This document shows, piece after piece, positions 9,918 through 19,300 of a stretch of 64,000 bases of DNA. The notes under the pieces were generated by a model. The model was not told the DNA's origin and searched no databases. It saw only the letters and a program-made list of their open reading frames with translations. Numbering within the stretch: the first letter of the stretch is position 1; each line of letters opens with the position of its first letter. The DNA comes from an uncultured virus (IMG/VR IMGVR_UViG_3300034104_005052) (taxonomy: Duplodnaviria > Heunggongvirae > Uroviricota > Caudoviricetes): positions 1-64,000 of the IMG/VR virus record IMGVR_UViG_3300034104_005052. The stretch is one strand, 5' to 3'. The translations under genes were made by a program, and so were the position numbers.

Positions 9918-11879
9918 ATGTCTGACGAGATTCGACTGCCGACCGAGTACCAGCAATTTATTCATTTATCACGCTATTCAAGATGGCTTGAAAATAAGGG
10001 ACGAAGAGAAACTTGGGAAGAGACAGTCAATCGCTATTTCAACTTCTTCGATAAGCACCTTGCAATTTTTACTAAAGGAAAGTTGTCGAAGGCAGAGCGT
10101 GAAGAACTTCGTCAGGCAGTTCTTAACCTTGAGGTGCTTCCTTCAATGCGATGTCTCATGACAGCAGGTGAAGCCCTTGAACGAGACAACATTGCTGGAT
10201 ACAACTGTGCCTATGTTCACATCAATCGGGTTCGTGCATTCGATGAGATTCTCTATGTTCTCATGTGTGGTACGGGGGTTGGATTCTCTGTCGAGCGTCA
10301 GTTTGTTGAGAAGTTACCCACCATTGCCGAAGAGTTCAGCGATAGCGATACCCTCATCAATGTTGCCGATTCAAAGCAGGGTTGGGCAAAGGCTTTCCGT
10401 GAACTGATCAGTCTTCTCATCGTAGGTCAGATCCCCAAGTGGGATGTGTCAAAGGTTCGTCCTGCGGGTGCTCGACTGAAGACATTCGGTGGCAGAGCAT
10501 CTGGTCCTCGTCCACTTGAAGATCTATTCAAGTTCACCGTGGAGACTTTCCGAAAGTCTGCGGGTCGCAAGTTGACTTCAATCGAATGTCATGACATTGT
10601 TTGCAAGATCGCAGAGATCGTAGTTGTCGGGGGCGTTCGTCGCTCGGCACTCATTTCACTTTCAGAACTTGGCGATGAGCGAATGCGTAATGCCAAGAGC
10701 GGTGCTTGGTGGGAGGCAAATCCGCAACGGGCACTCGCAAACAATAGCGTTGCATACAAGGAAAAGCCTGAAATCGGAACTTTCATGCAGGAGTGGCTGT
10801 CTCTCTACAACAGCAAGAGTGGTGAGCGTGGTATCTTCAATAGAGCCGCAGCACAAAAGACTGTTTCAAAGTTAGGTGATCGTCGTGATCCTAACCATGA
10901 ATTTGGAACGAATCCCTGCTCTGAAATCATTCTTCGTGATCGTGAGTTCTGTAATCTTACGGAGATCATCATTCGTCCAACAGACACCGTAGAAGATCTT
11001 CTGAGAAAGGCTCGTATTGCTGCCATTCTAGGTACGATGCAAGCATCACTCACTAATTTCCAATATATTTCTTCTGAGTGGTCGAAGAATTGTAAGGAAG
11101 AAGCACTTCTTGGCGTTTCCATGACTGGTCAGTTGGACAACAAGATGATGCTTTCGATGTCTGATAATAGTGATCTTCTTTTGCCGTCTTCACTACCAAA
11201 TATTCTTGAGACCGTGAAGAACAAAACCATTGAAGTGAATGCAGAATGGGCAAAGAGACTTGGTATCAATCCCGCTGCTGCAATTACATGTGTCAAGCCT
11301 TCGGGAACTGTTTCTCAGTTGACTGATGCTGCTTCAGGAATGCACCCAAGACACAGTCAATACTACATTCGCACGGTTCGTGCAGACATCAAAGATCCCC
11401 TCTGTCAGATGATGCAGGAGGCAGGATTCCCTTCTGAGCCTTGCGTAATGCGTCCCGACCACACTAGAGTATTTTCATTCCCCATGAAGTCTCCTGATGG
11501 GTGTTTGACACGCAATGATCTAACTGCAATTGAACATCTGAATCTTTGGTTGACCTATCAGAGACATTGGTGTGAACATAAGCCGTCTATTACCATTACC
11601 GTTCGTGAACACGAATGGATGGATGTTGGTGCTTGGGTGTATGAACACTTTGATGAGGTGTCTGGAATTTCCTTCCTGCCCCACAGCGACCACTCATACA
11701 AGCAGGCTCCGTATCAAGATTGCACAAAGGAAGAATATGAAACCCTTTTGGCTCAAATGCCAAAGAATGTAAACTGGTCTGATCTCTCCAAGTATGAGAA
11801 GGAAGATAGAACGGCTGGATCTCAAACCTATGCTTGTTCAGGAGATAAATGTGAATTGGTGGATTTGACATCCTCATAA
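9918..11879 (+). CDS. nrdJ: Class II adenosylcobalamin-dependent ribonucleotide reductase (monomeric RTPR type)
   Basis: 'YNC', 'GTGVGFSVE', 'VVGGVRRSALISLS', 'TNPCSEI', 'TCVKPSGTVS', 'EHKPSITI', C-terminal 'ACSGDKCE'. Confidence 0.93.
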   Translation: MSDEIRLPTEYQQFIHLSRYSRWLENKGRRETWEETVNRYFNFFDKHLAIFTKGKLSKAEREELRQAVLNLEVLPSMRCLMTAGEALERDNIAGYNCAYVHINRVRAFDEILYVLMCGTGVGFSVERQFVEKLPTIAEEFSDSDTLINVADSKQGWAKAFRELISLLIVGQIPKWDVSKVRPAGARLKTFGGRASGPRPLEDLFKFTVETFRKSAGRKLTSIECHDIVCKIAEIVVVGGVRRSALISLSELGDERMRNAKSGAWWEANPQRALANNSVAYKEKPEIGTFMQEWLSLYNSKSGERGIFNRAAAQKTVSKLGDRRDPNHEFGTNPCSEIILRDREFCNLTEIIIRPTDTVEDLLRKARIAAILGTMQASLTNFQYISSEWSKNCKEEALLGVSMTGQLDNKMMLSMSDNSDLLLPSSLPNILETVKNKTIEVNAEWAKRLGINPAAAITCVKPSGTVSQLTDAASGMHPRHSQYYIRTVRADIKDPLCQMMQEAGFPSEPCVMRPDHTRVFSFPMKSPDGCLTRNDLTAIEHLNLWLTYQRHWCEHKPSITITVREHEWMDVGAWVYEHFDEVSGISFLPHSDHSYKQAPYQDCTKEEYETLLAQMPKNVNWSDLSKYEKEDRTAGSQTYACSGDKCELVDLTSS

Positions 11880-11884
11880 TTCAG

Positions 11885-11892
11885 TATAAATA
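11885..11892 (+). promoter_or_regulatory. Canonical T4 late promoter TATAAATA
   Basis: Exact consensus 14 nt upstream of the ORF at 11907. Confidence 0.7.
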
Positions 11893-11906
11893 ATATCGGG
11901 TATATT

Positions 11907-12269
11907 ATGCAAACTCTTGCGATACAAGCACTTTGGTTAGGATTTATCCTTTACCTTCTCTACGAGACATCGGCAGTATATTCCTATATTTCATCTTGGC
12001 CGATGAGACTTTTTAAGAGGTGGAGTAAAATTCACCAATATGAAAAGACAGCAGCAGATTCAATCAGTTACTGTGATTGGATGCTGTCTCATCACAACAA
12101 ATCTTTCTTAGTTAAATTGTTGTCATGTAGATATTGCTTTGGGGTTTGGTTATCATTAGGTATCTGTATGATAACAAATTCACCTGAAAATATACCGATT
12201 GTGTATTTTGGTGGACAATTAATTTGCTCTTTGTTTGCATTCGCTGAAAGGAAAATGAGAGATGAATGA
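11907..12269 (+). CDS. Small membrane protein with CxxC (DUF1360-like)
   Basis: Hydrophobic helices and the motif 'KLLSCRYCFGVWLS'. Confidence 0.55.
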   Translation: MQTLAIQALWLGFILYLLYETSAVYSYISSWPMRLFKRWSKIHQYEKTAADSISYCDWMLSHHNKSFLVKLLSCRYCFGVWLSLGICMITNSPENIPIVYFGGQLICSLFAFAERKMRDE

Positions 12270-12561
12270 GATTATATTCGAAGGTCCGGATGATTTGTAC
12301 AATAAAATTGGCGACAAAGCGTTAGATGGTGAGGCACATAAACCTCTCATCAGTATCCATGCAACAATCAGAATGTTTAGAGATCCTAACACTTGCAGTT
12401 GCAAAAAGGGGAAAAAGGTTCAAGATAAAATCGTAGGCATGTACATGTCACTTCCGCCGTCGATTAGAATTGATCCTTTCCGTGAAAATATAAAAGCACT
12501 TTTTGACAACTCAGTTTTAATTTTTAAGATCAACGGCTTGGAGTTTGCACGGATAGAATAA
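12262..12561 (+). CDS. Hypothetical protein (CSC plus basic patch)
   Basis: Overlaps both neighbours in an operon-like arrangement; 'TCSCKKGKK'. Confidence 0.6.
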   Translation: MNEIIFEGPDDLYNKIGDKALDGEAHKPLISIHATIRMFRDPNTCSCKKGKKVQDKIVGMYMSLPPSIRIDPFRENIKALFDNSVLIFKINGLEFARIE

Positions 12562-13160
12562 TGGCATCTACGAACAATATATTTGTTAAGTTCGTTAGAG
12601 AGACACTTCGTGAGAATGGTCTTGAACTAAATCTAAAAAACACAAAATTCGTCAAAACCGATGGATCTATGTGTTGGGGGTTTTTTGACGAAAAGCAAAT
12701 ATGTGTAGCAAAAAATAATCCCCGATGGATTGAAGTTTTGGCTCATGAGTATTCCCATTTCATTCAATGGAAAAGGGGAACCGAATTATACAAAAAATGC
12801 TTTGGTCCGACTAACAACTATGCCGATGTTGTTGAGGATTGGCTTATTGGTAAAGATTTTGATAGTAGAAGAGTTAAAAAAGCATTTGAAACATATCGGT
12901 CTATGGAACGAGAATGTGAAAAGATTACTGTGAAGGTGATGCAGCGACACGGTATAAAATTTGATTTGGAGAGATATACTCAAGAATCGAACTGTCACAT
13001 TTACATGTACCATTACATGGAAAGAAGAAGAAAAAGTTCATTCAATAATGAGCCGACGAAAAACTGGAGAATCGTAAGGCAAATGCCTTCATCTTTCAGA
13101 GTTCAGTCGCATAAAACCCTACCAAAAGAAATAGATGCAGTAATGGATAGTCTATTGTGA
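12561..13160 (+). CDS. Putative zinc metallopeptidase-like protein (HExxH)
   Basis: 'EVLAHEYSHFIQW' with a downstream Glu candidate in 'MEREC'. Confidence 0.65.
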   Translation: MASTNNIFVKFVRETLRENGLELNLKNTKFVKTDGSMCWGFFDEKQICVAKNNPRWIEVLAHEYSHFIQWKRGTELYKKCFGPTNNYADVVEDWLIGKDFDSRRVKKAFETYRSMERECEKITVKVMQRHGIKFDLERYTQESNCHIYMYHYMERRRKSSFNNEPTKNWRIVRQMPSSFRVQSHKTLPKEIDAVMDSLL

Positions 13161-13178
13161 GATACTAAATAGTAGGCT

Positions 13179-15935
13179 ATGGCTCACTATAGACTATTCA
13201 ATGCATATCCTTCTTTTGGATCCACTTTTACCGAAAATGATGTAGTACTGAATAACCCCATTCCGAATTACGGAATGATGGCTACACATTTGACCGACTA
13301 CTTCGAAAATCAAATGTCTGAAACTACGGTTTCTGGTACCGATTATCTGTCGGCATTTATTGCATCAAATAAGAGTCTGACGAGTATCGTTGAATCTGAC
13401 ATGACCGCAATGGCAAATGATGTCTCAATAGATTTTGGAATAACTTCATCTACTATTGGGTATGCTGCATTGGATTTCCGTGGAGAGTCATGGAAATATC
13501 TAATTGGCGATGGAATCATTGGACCGAGCAATATCAACAACACACCAGCATTTACTGAAACATTGAATGCTGCAACAAATATACTCAACTTCTTTAGAGG
13601 AAAATACCCTTCAATTAAATGGGCATTTGTTGGATTACCTCACCTTCCAAAGTACACATGCTTTGCTCCTACTGCTGGTTCGTCTTTTTCATGGGGTGAA
13701 GGTCTCACAAATAATCCGGGTACAACAAACAATCACTGGGACGCATCACATCCAACGGGGCCATCAGGCATGTCAGGGTCTTACGGTGATAGAATATTTG
13801 AATGGAACCATACTCCTAGTAATTTGGCTGCATTCTATAAATCAAGAGTCATCGAAAGAACAAGACCAATACTAGAGGCTTCTGGTTGGTTGTGCCCCGA
13901 CATTAATCCAGTTGGAACGGACAGTACGCAATTCGGATACTATGTCCATTCAATCTTTGCTCATAACTCATATACAACTGAGTTAATTAGAACTGCAAAA
14001 GAGTTTTCTCAATCTAGACTTGTGGATTGTAAAATTATTCCAGTGTTTAACAGTATGATGAGGTCTAGGGAAAGTCATGTGTTTGACGATCCATTTGGTC
14101 AATTCAAAATAAGACGAGAAACTGAACCTGGTGGACCAAATATAGACATTCAATATCTCGCAGGATTCTCAGGTGGGTCGGGCAGTTTATATGCATCCGA
14201 CATTGACTTGAGTCTCTCATTTTTAAGATCTGCCATGCTTGAGCCTGCCGCACTGAATGGAGCAGTAGGATTTATTTACGAGGATAACATTCCTCTTATG
14301 GTAAATTTTGCATGTACTGGATCAACATCACACACTGCTCAAGAAGAAGAGGCAATACTTAGAGCAAAAAATTTCATATCTAACACCGTCTATGATAGAA
14401 CCGATATATCTTTAATTCCTTGGACATCGGTTAAAAATGAAGTTCTAAGTGTATTATCTTACAAAATAACAGCAGCACAACTTAGAGTCATATCCGAATC
14501 AATTCCTATAGGAAACTCTTGGTCATTTGTGGACAACAGAATTCAAGTTCCAGATGGAGAAAGTGTTGATGTTTCAGAATATAGAAGTGTCTTCTGGAAA
14601 AGATGTAATGCAGGGGTATGCACCGATGCAGGAGAATCATCATTCCGAGAATATAGAGAATCAAATCCATTAATTGCTGAGTGTGATGGTTGTGGTCCCC
14701 CACCACCCGACTGCAATCGTGGTGCTTGTTGTTATGAAGAGGGTGGTGTAGGTTTTTGTGGGGATGACATATGTGAAGGTGATTGTGCTGGTAATTTTAT
14801 TCCACTGAGTTCAAATGTATGCGGAGCAGGAGTTCCAATCACATGTGCAAATCTCGGTGGTGCTGGTGTGGGAGAAGCAGCACCATGTTCAGAAGTAGGA
14901 TTTGAAAACCGTTGTTGGACAGATATCATAGGACCACCACCTCCACCTGATCCGTGTTGTGTTGCACAAGGTCTAGATCCAGAAAAACCTTGCGTTGAAG
15001 TTAAGATTTGTTCTTATGACTGCACATTCTGCGACAATATTGATCGAGACTGTGATGGAATTCCAGATGCACCAAACGGTTGCGCCTCGCCTCCTCTTCC
15101 ACCAGGTACTATAGAAGAGACAACAAAAGAAAGAACATGTAGAAAGTACCGAATTGCGGCAGGAGCATGTTGCTGTGTAGATTGTACAGGATTTCCTGGC
15201 GATACTCCTGGACTTGATAGAGATCCTCCGCAGTGTAGTGAAGGTCCAGCAGGAGGTCCACCAAACGGTCAATTTGGAACATTTGGTGGAATAGCAGGAG
15301 CAATTCGTTGTGGTCAAAACGATACCTCAACTTTACCGCTTGCTCCTGGTGGTTTTCAGTTTTGCCACGATCCTGCTCAACCTTGGCTCGACAAAGATGG
15401 TTGTCTGAAACCATGTGAAAACTTTGCATCGGTTTCAAATGATCTATGTGAATGTTGTGCAGAAAGATCTCCGAGTGGATATGAAAATCCCGATGGCACA
15501 CGATGTTGTAATACTGACTCAGGACTCAGTTTTTTATGCCCTAGAGATAACTGTTTTCAACCATGTGTAAATGGTGGAGGAACAGAGTTAGACTGGCAAA
15601 CAATTACTGAATCTTTATTTCAAAGTTTGTCTTTAGAACAGCAAAAATTAGTTGCAGAAGACATCTATAATTTCAATCTATATGGACATTTAGATGCAGA
15701 GACAAAACTAATTGTTGAAAACATAGCAAAGAGAACTAGGAGATTTGGATTATCAACTATGAGAGATAGAGGCCAAGTGATGAACACTATTTCTCTTTAT
15801 GAAGATATTACCAATCCAAGGAAAAACACAGTTCTTAATCTAAAGAATAATTACTTACCTTCAGTCGAAACAGTCAATAGAATCAAATCGGAGTTTGCAT
15901 TTGACAGATTCTTATTGCCAATCTCATATAAGTAA
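13179..15935 (+). CDS. Large late protein: glycoside-hydrolase-like N-terminal domain plus Cys/Pro-rich C-terminal region
   Basis: CTAAATA at 13165-13171; about 40 Cys between 14604 and 15566 including GACC and 'CDNIDRDCDGIPD'. The ORF is clear; the product is inferred. Confidence 0.55.
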   Translation: MAHYRLFNAYPSFGSTFTENDVVLNNPIPNYGMMATHLTDYFENQMSETTVSGTDYLSAFIASNKSLTSIVESDMTAMANDVSIDFGITSSTIGYAALDFRGESWKYLIGDGIIGPSNINNTPAFTETLNAATNILNFFRGKYPSIKWAFVGLPHLPKYTCFAPTAGSSFSWGEGLTNNPGTTNNHWDASHPTGPSGMSGSYGDRIFEWNHTPSNLAAFYKSRVIERTRPILEASGWLCPDINPVGTDSTQFGYYVHSIFAHNSYTTELIRTAKEFSQSRLVDCKIIPVFNSMMRSRESHVFDDPFGQFKIRRETEPGGPNIDIQYLAGFSGGSGSLYASDIDLSLSFLRSAMLEPAALNGAVGFIYEDNIPLMVNFACTGSTSHTAQEEEAILRAKNFISNTVYDRTDISLIPWTSVKNEVLSVLSYKITAAQLRVISESIPIGNSWSFVDNRIQVPDGESVDVSEYRSVFWKRCNAGVCTDAGESSFREYRESNPLIAECDGCGPPPPDCNRGACCYEEGGVGFCGDDICEGDCAGNFIPLSSNVCGAGVPITCANLGGAGVGEAAPCSEVGFENRCWTDIIGPPPPPDPCCVAQGLDPEKPCVEVKICSYDCTFCDNIDRDCDGIPDAPNGCASPPLPPGTIEETTKERTCRKYRIAAGACCCVDCTGFPGDTPGLDRDPPQCSEGPAGGPPNGQFGTFGGIAGAIRCGQNDTSTLPLAPGGFQFCHDPAQPWLDKDGCLKPCENFASVSNDLCECCAERSPSGYENPDGTRCCNTDSGLSFLCPRDNCFQPCVNGGGTELDWQTITESLFQSLSLEQQKLVAEDIYNFNLYGHLDAETKLIVENIAKRTRRFGLSTMRDRGQVMNTISLYEDITNPRKNTVLNLKNNYLPSVETVNRIKSEFAFDRFLLPISYK

Positions 15936-15953
15936 TACAGAAAGGAGAAAGCC

Positions 15954-16067
15954 ATGTCAGAATTTCTAGGTACAACTTGGTGGAGTGTCCTCATGTTTAT
16001 TGCTGGTGCTTTGATCGGTGCGCCACTTTGGAAGTGGGTATCGTCAAAAATGCCTTGGAACAATTGA
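15954..16067 (+). CDS. 37-aa single-pass membrane peptide (not in ORF track)
   Basis: SD AAAGGAG at 15941-15947; MSEFLGTTWWSVLMFIAGALIGAPLWKWVSSKMPWNN; followed by a terminator. Confidence 0.75.
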   Translation: MSEFLGTTWWSVLMFIAGALIGAPLWKWVSSKMPWNN

Positions 16068-16091
16068 GTTCCTTAAAATAATAAACGGACC

Positions 16092-16117
16092 AACGGGGGG
16101 AGAAATCCCCCCGTTTT
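16092..16117 (+). terminator. Rho-independent terminator
   Basis: AACGGGGGGA-GAAA-TCCCCCCGTT, a perfect 10-bp stem with GNRA loop and a short T tract. Confidence 0.8.
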
Positions 16118-16149
16118 CAATAGTATCTTCGTGAACTAAATAGATTGAA

Positions 16150-16353
16150 ATGCCAAAACTTTATACAGATCTTCTCAAATCCCTTGAAGAGTGGGTTGCA
16201 CACACCGCAAGGGTATCATCACGACTTAGCACCCGCACAGACCTCTCCATTAAGGCTAAGAAGCCGAGCGTGATACAACCGACACAAGTTCCCTTCTCCA
16301 AGAAAGAGAAGGCTCGTAGGGGCATACACGGCTTCCAGATAGGAGAAAAATAA
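16150..16353 (+). CDS. Small basic hypothetical protein (late)
   Basis: CTAAATA at 16136-16142, 7 nt before the ATG; its stop overlaps the next start (TAATG). Confidence 0.65.
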   Translation: MPKLYTDLLKSLEEWVAHTARVSSRLSTRTDLSIKAKKPSVIQPTQVPFSKKEKARRGIHGFQIGEK

Positions 16354-19300
16354 TGGCTTTTCATGGATCTCAAGGGTTTTTTAGATTTAAAGGTGCTACA
16401 TCCATACCGCAAAAAGAGGTTGGAATATCGGGGGATTCAAGATACACAAGAGAATTTTTAGATCGTGAACCCATCACCATACATGCGCCATTTAATTTAA
16501 CGAGTACATTCAAAAGAGGAGATACCCCTTTTGGATTTTCTTTGCCATTCTCATATATTCAAGATGAGTGGGATACAGTACCTGGAATTCCTAATGATTT
16601 CTACAACCTAAAGTTTTCTCCAGATTTGGTGTGGAACACATATGCATCCTTACAGGAAAATGGTGATCATGTTTTTATGGAGGAAAAAGATGGTTACATT
16701 TATATTTTGAGAAATGTAGTTCTTGCTGGTCTTACTCAAGAAAATGCTGGAATACCTGTCGTATATGATGATGAAATTGGATCTTTTTTGTCGGTTCCAT
16801 ATCTTTGGGGATCCGTCATAGAGGGAATTCACAGTGGAGCAAGAAGATTTATTGTTGGCCCCACGAAGAAATTTGTATCTAATCCCTTTTATGGAGAATA
16901 TGACTCAACATCATTAGATATTTTGGGAGATTATGGTGATATTGCTTGTGCTGGCACTGGAGATTTTGCAGCAGGGCAAATGCTTTTGGTTATGCCTGAA
17001 TATGGAACGACTGGAGTATATGATGAATCTAGACACAACATATTCAATTACTCAGCAGATGTTCGGGTTGTATCAGGAAATTCCACTCCACTGAATTCCA
17101 ATTTCCTACCACAAACTCCTTTCTCAACCGAGAATATTGATTACTCTGGATTTAGACTTAGAGACAGAAAAAAACTTCCAGTTCCATATTTTGCAGCAGA
17201 TGAAGAATCGCTAATCTCAATGGTGAATGGTACTACTGTTGAACCAGATAGAACAGTTTACGGAACAAGTGGTAATCCCCAAACCCCACCATTCATTTCA
17301 TTTGTCAGTTGGAAATACACAGGTTTTAATGCAAATCCCACAAGAAGACATGCATTTGCAATCACAAAAAGACACTTGCTGTCTTTATCTACGCCATTTC
17401 ATAACTATGCATACTCACCCGATAATCCATATGCAAAAGATCCATTTGGATTTGCTAATGCAGTTACAGGTTTTGTACCATTTACTGACCACCAACCTGG
17501 CGACAAAGTATATTTCTATGACAAAAACGAAAATCGTGTCATAGAAAGAACTGTGGTCGCAACACTCCCTTTCGATGTTAAAACTGTACACGAAACCTTA
17601 AATAAGATAGTAAGCGGTGCATACCCGAGACTTGAATCAACTTGGACAAATGTATATATTGAAAACTGTGTAATTTATACGGATCCAGCAGGAGTAACTT
17701 ATAATACCCCCTGCTACGAATACACACAACTGGAAGAGGGATACAATACGGAAATTGCTTTTGGGAATTATGATTATGTAGTAAACTATGAAGGGTCTCC
17801 TATCGGAGGGACAGGAGATATATCTGAGTTCGACTCAGGAAGCGAATTCGAAGATAAATGGCTAAAAACATATCCAGAAATAACAGGCACAGAAAGCAGT
17901 CTTGAATATGCGGAGATGTTTAGTAGGATTAGAGATAAGTTTGTGCAAAATGCTTTGTACAAAGATAATTTTAGCGGATTCGATGAAAAGTCATTTGGAC
18001 CTACATCTTTCTTCGAAGTTGTACCTTTCAACTATAACTTAGGAATTGAAACTGGTGGTGTAACATCCACCACTGGAGTAGGGTGGTTTGATTCTCTAAT
18101 GCCTCAAAACTATCCGATTAGAAATATGGTTGGAGGTTTACCGATAAACCTCTACACTCTCAATAATCCATCTGAAACTAACCCACTTGCACTGCAAAAA
18201 AGTTTAGGTAATAAGTTTCAAGAATCTGTTGCATTCGAAGACTCAATCACTGATGTGAATCCGACAAGAGAAAATATAAGATCCTCGCAAGCAAATCAAA
18301 ATATTGGTGTTGTTGGATATTCGGCTGAACAATCACTTGAAGAATCCGATCCTGAACCAGAAAATCCAACAGGATCCATACCTCGGATGGAAGTCGATTC
18401 CACTCTGCCAAATTCAACAATAGATGAACAATTTTACTATTTACCAACAGCAGCAAGAAATGCGATCAGAGAATATTTTCCGCATGGTTTAAACAATATA
18501 TTCTACGGAAGTTTCAATGCTAATGATAAATTTAGGAGACTTTTGACATGGGAATATCTAACTAGTCATTTTAAGGGACTAATAGATGGAAAGTGCAGCA
18601 TTCATTTATTGGATCAAGATCTTCCTGATGGTGTAAGACCAATATCTCTGTTAGATGTAAGAAGATCTGAATTACATAAACATGAGATGTTTGTTGATGA
18701 CCAAATGAGGGGATTTATTGCAAAAAATTGCCCACCACAAACTACATTCTTTCCACTTCAATATTTTGGTAATGTTGCGATTGCCGGATGTCGAAGAGAA
18801 TATGGAACTATAAATTTCGCAAGAACATATGCAAATCCTTATGGTGAATCCATGCTCAATATGCTGTTATTTAGAGTGGGAAGATGCGGGGATAATATAT
18901 CTAATGTTCTAGACGATTGTGGAGAAACCGGAAACTCATCGTCGGGACCAGAATGTAAATGGGGAGTTTTCCAACTTAGTGTTGGATCTAATTTCCCAAT
19001 ACTTAGCAACGACGGAAATGATCGTGGGCTGATGTTCCCTGATGTAACTACTCAGACTAATTGTTATGATTGTTGGTATAACGGAAATGATACGATTGAG
19101 CGGTCTTTGCCGATAAATGCAAAAAACGAAGACAAATTAAATGATCTGACTATTACAAAATCCTCTTGGGGCGGTCAAGATTTACCAGGCCCACTTTTCA
19201 CATATGGTAAAAGTGGATCTCCAATACTTTCTAGAATAGTAACACAAAGTTTATATGGGTCTTCAGATTTTGATTATCGGTATCTTTATGATTATGTTGT

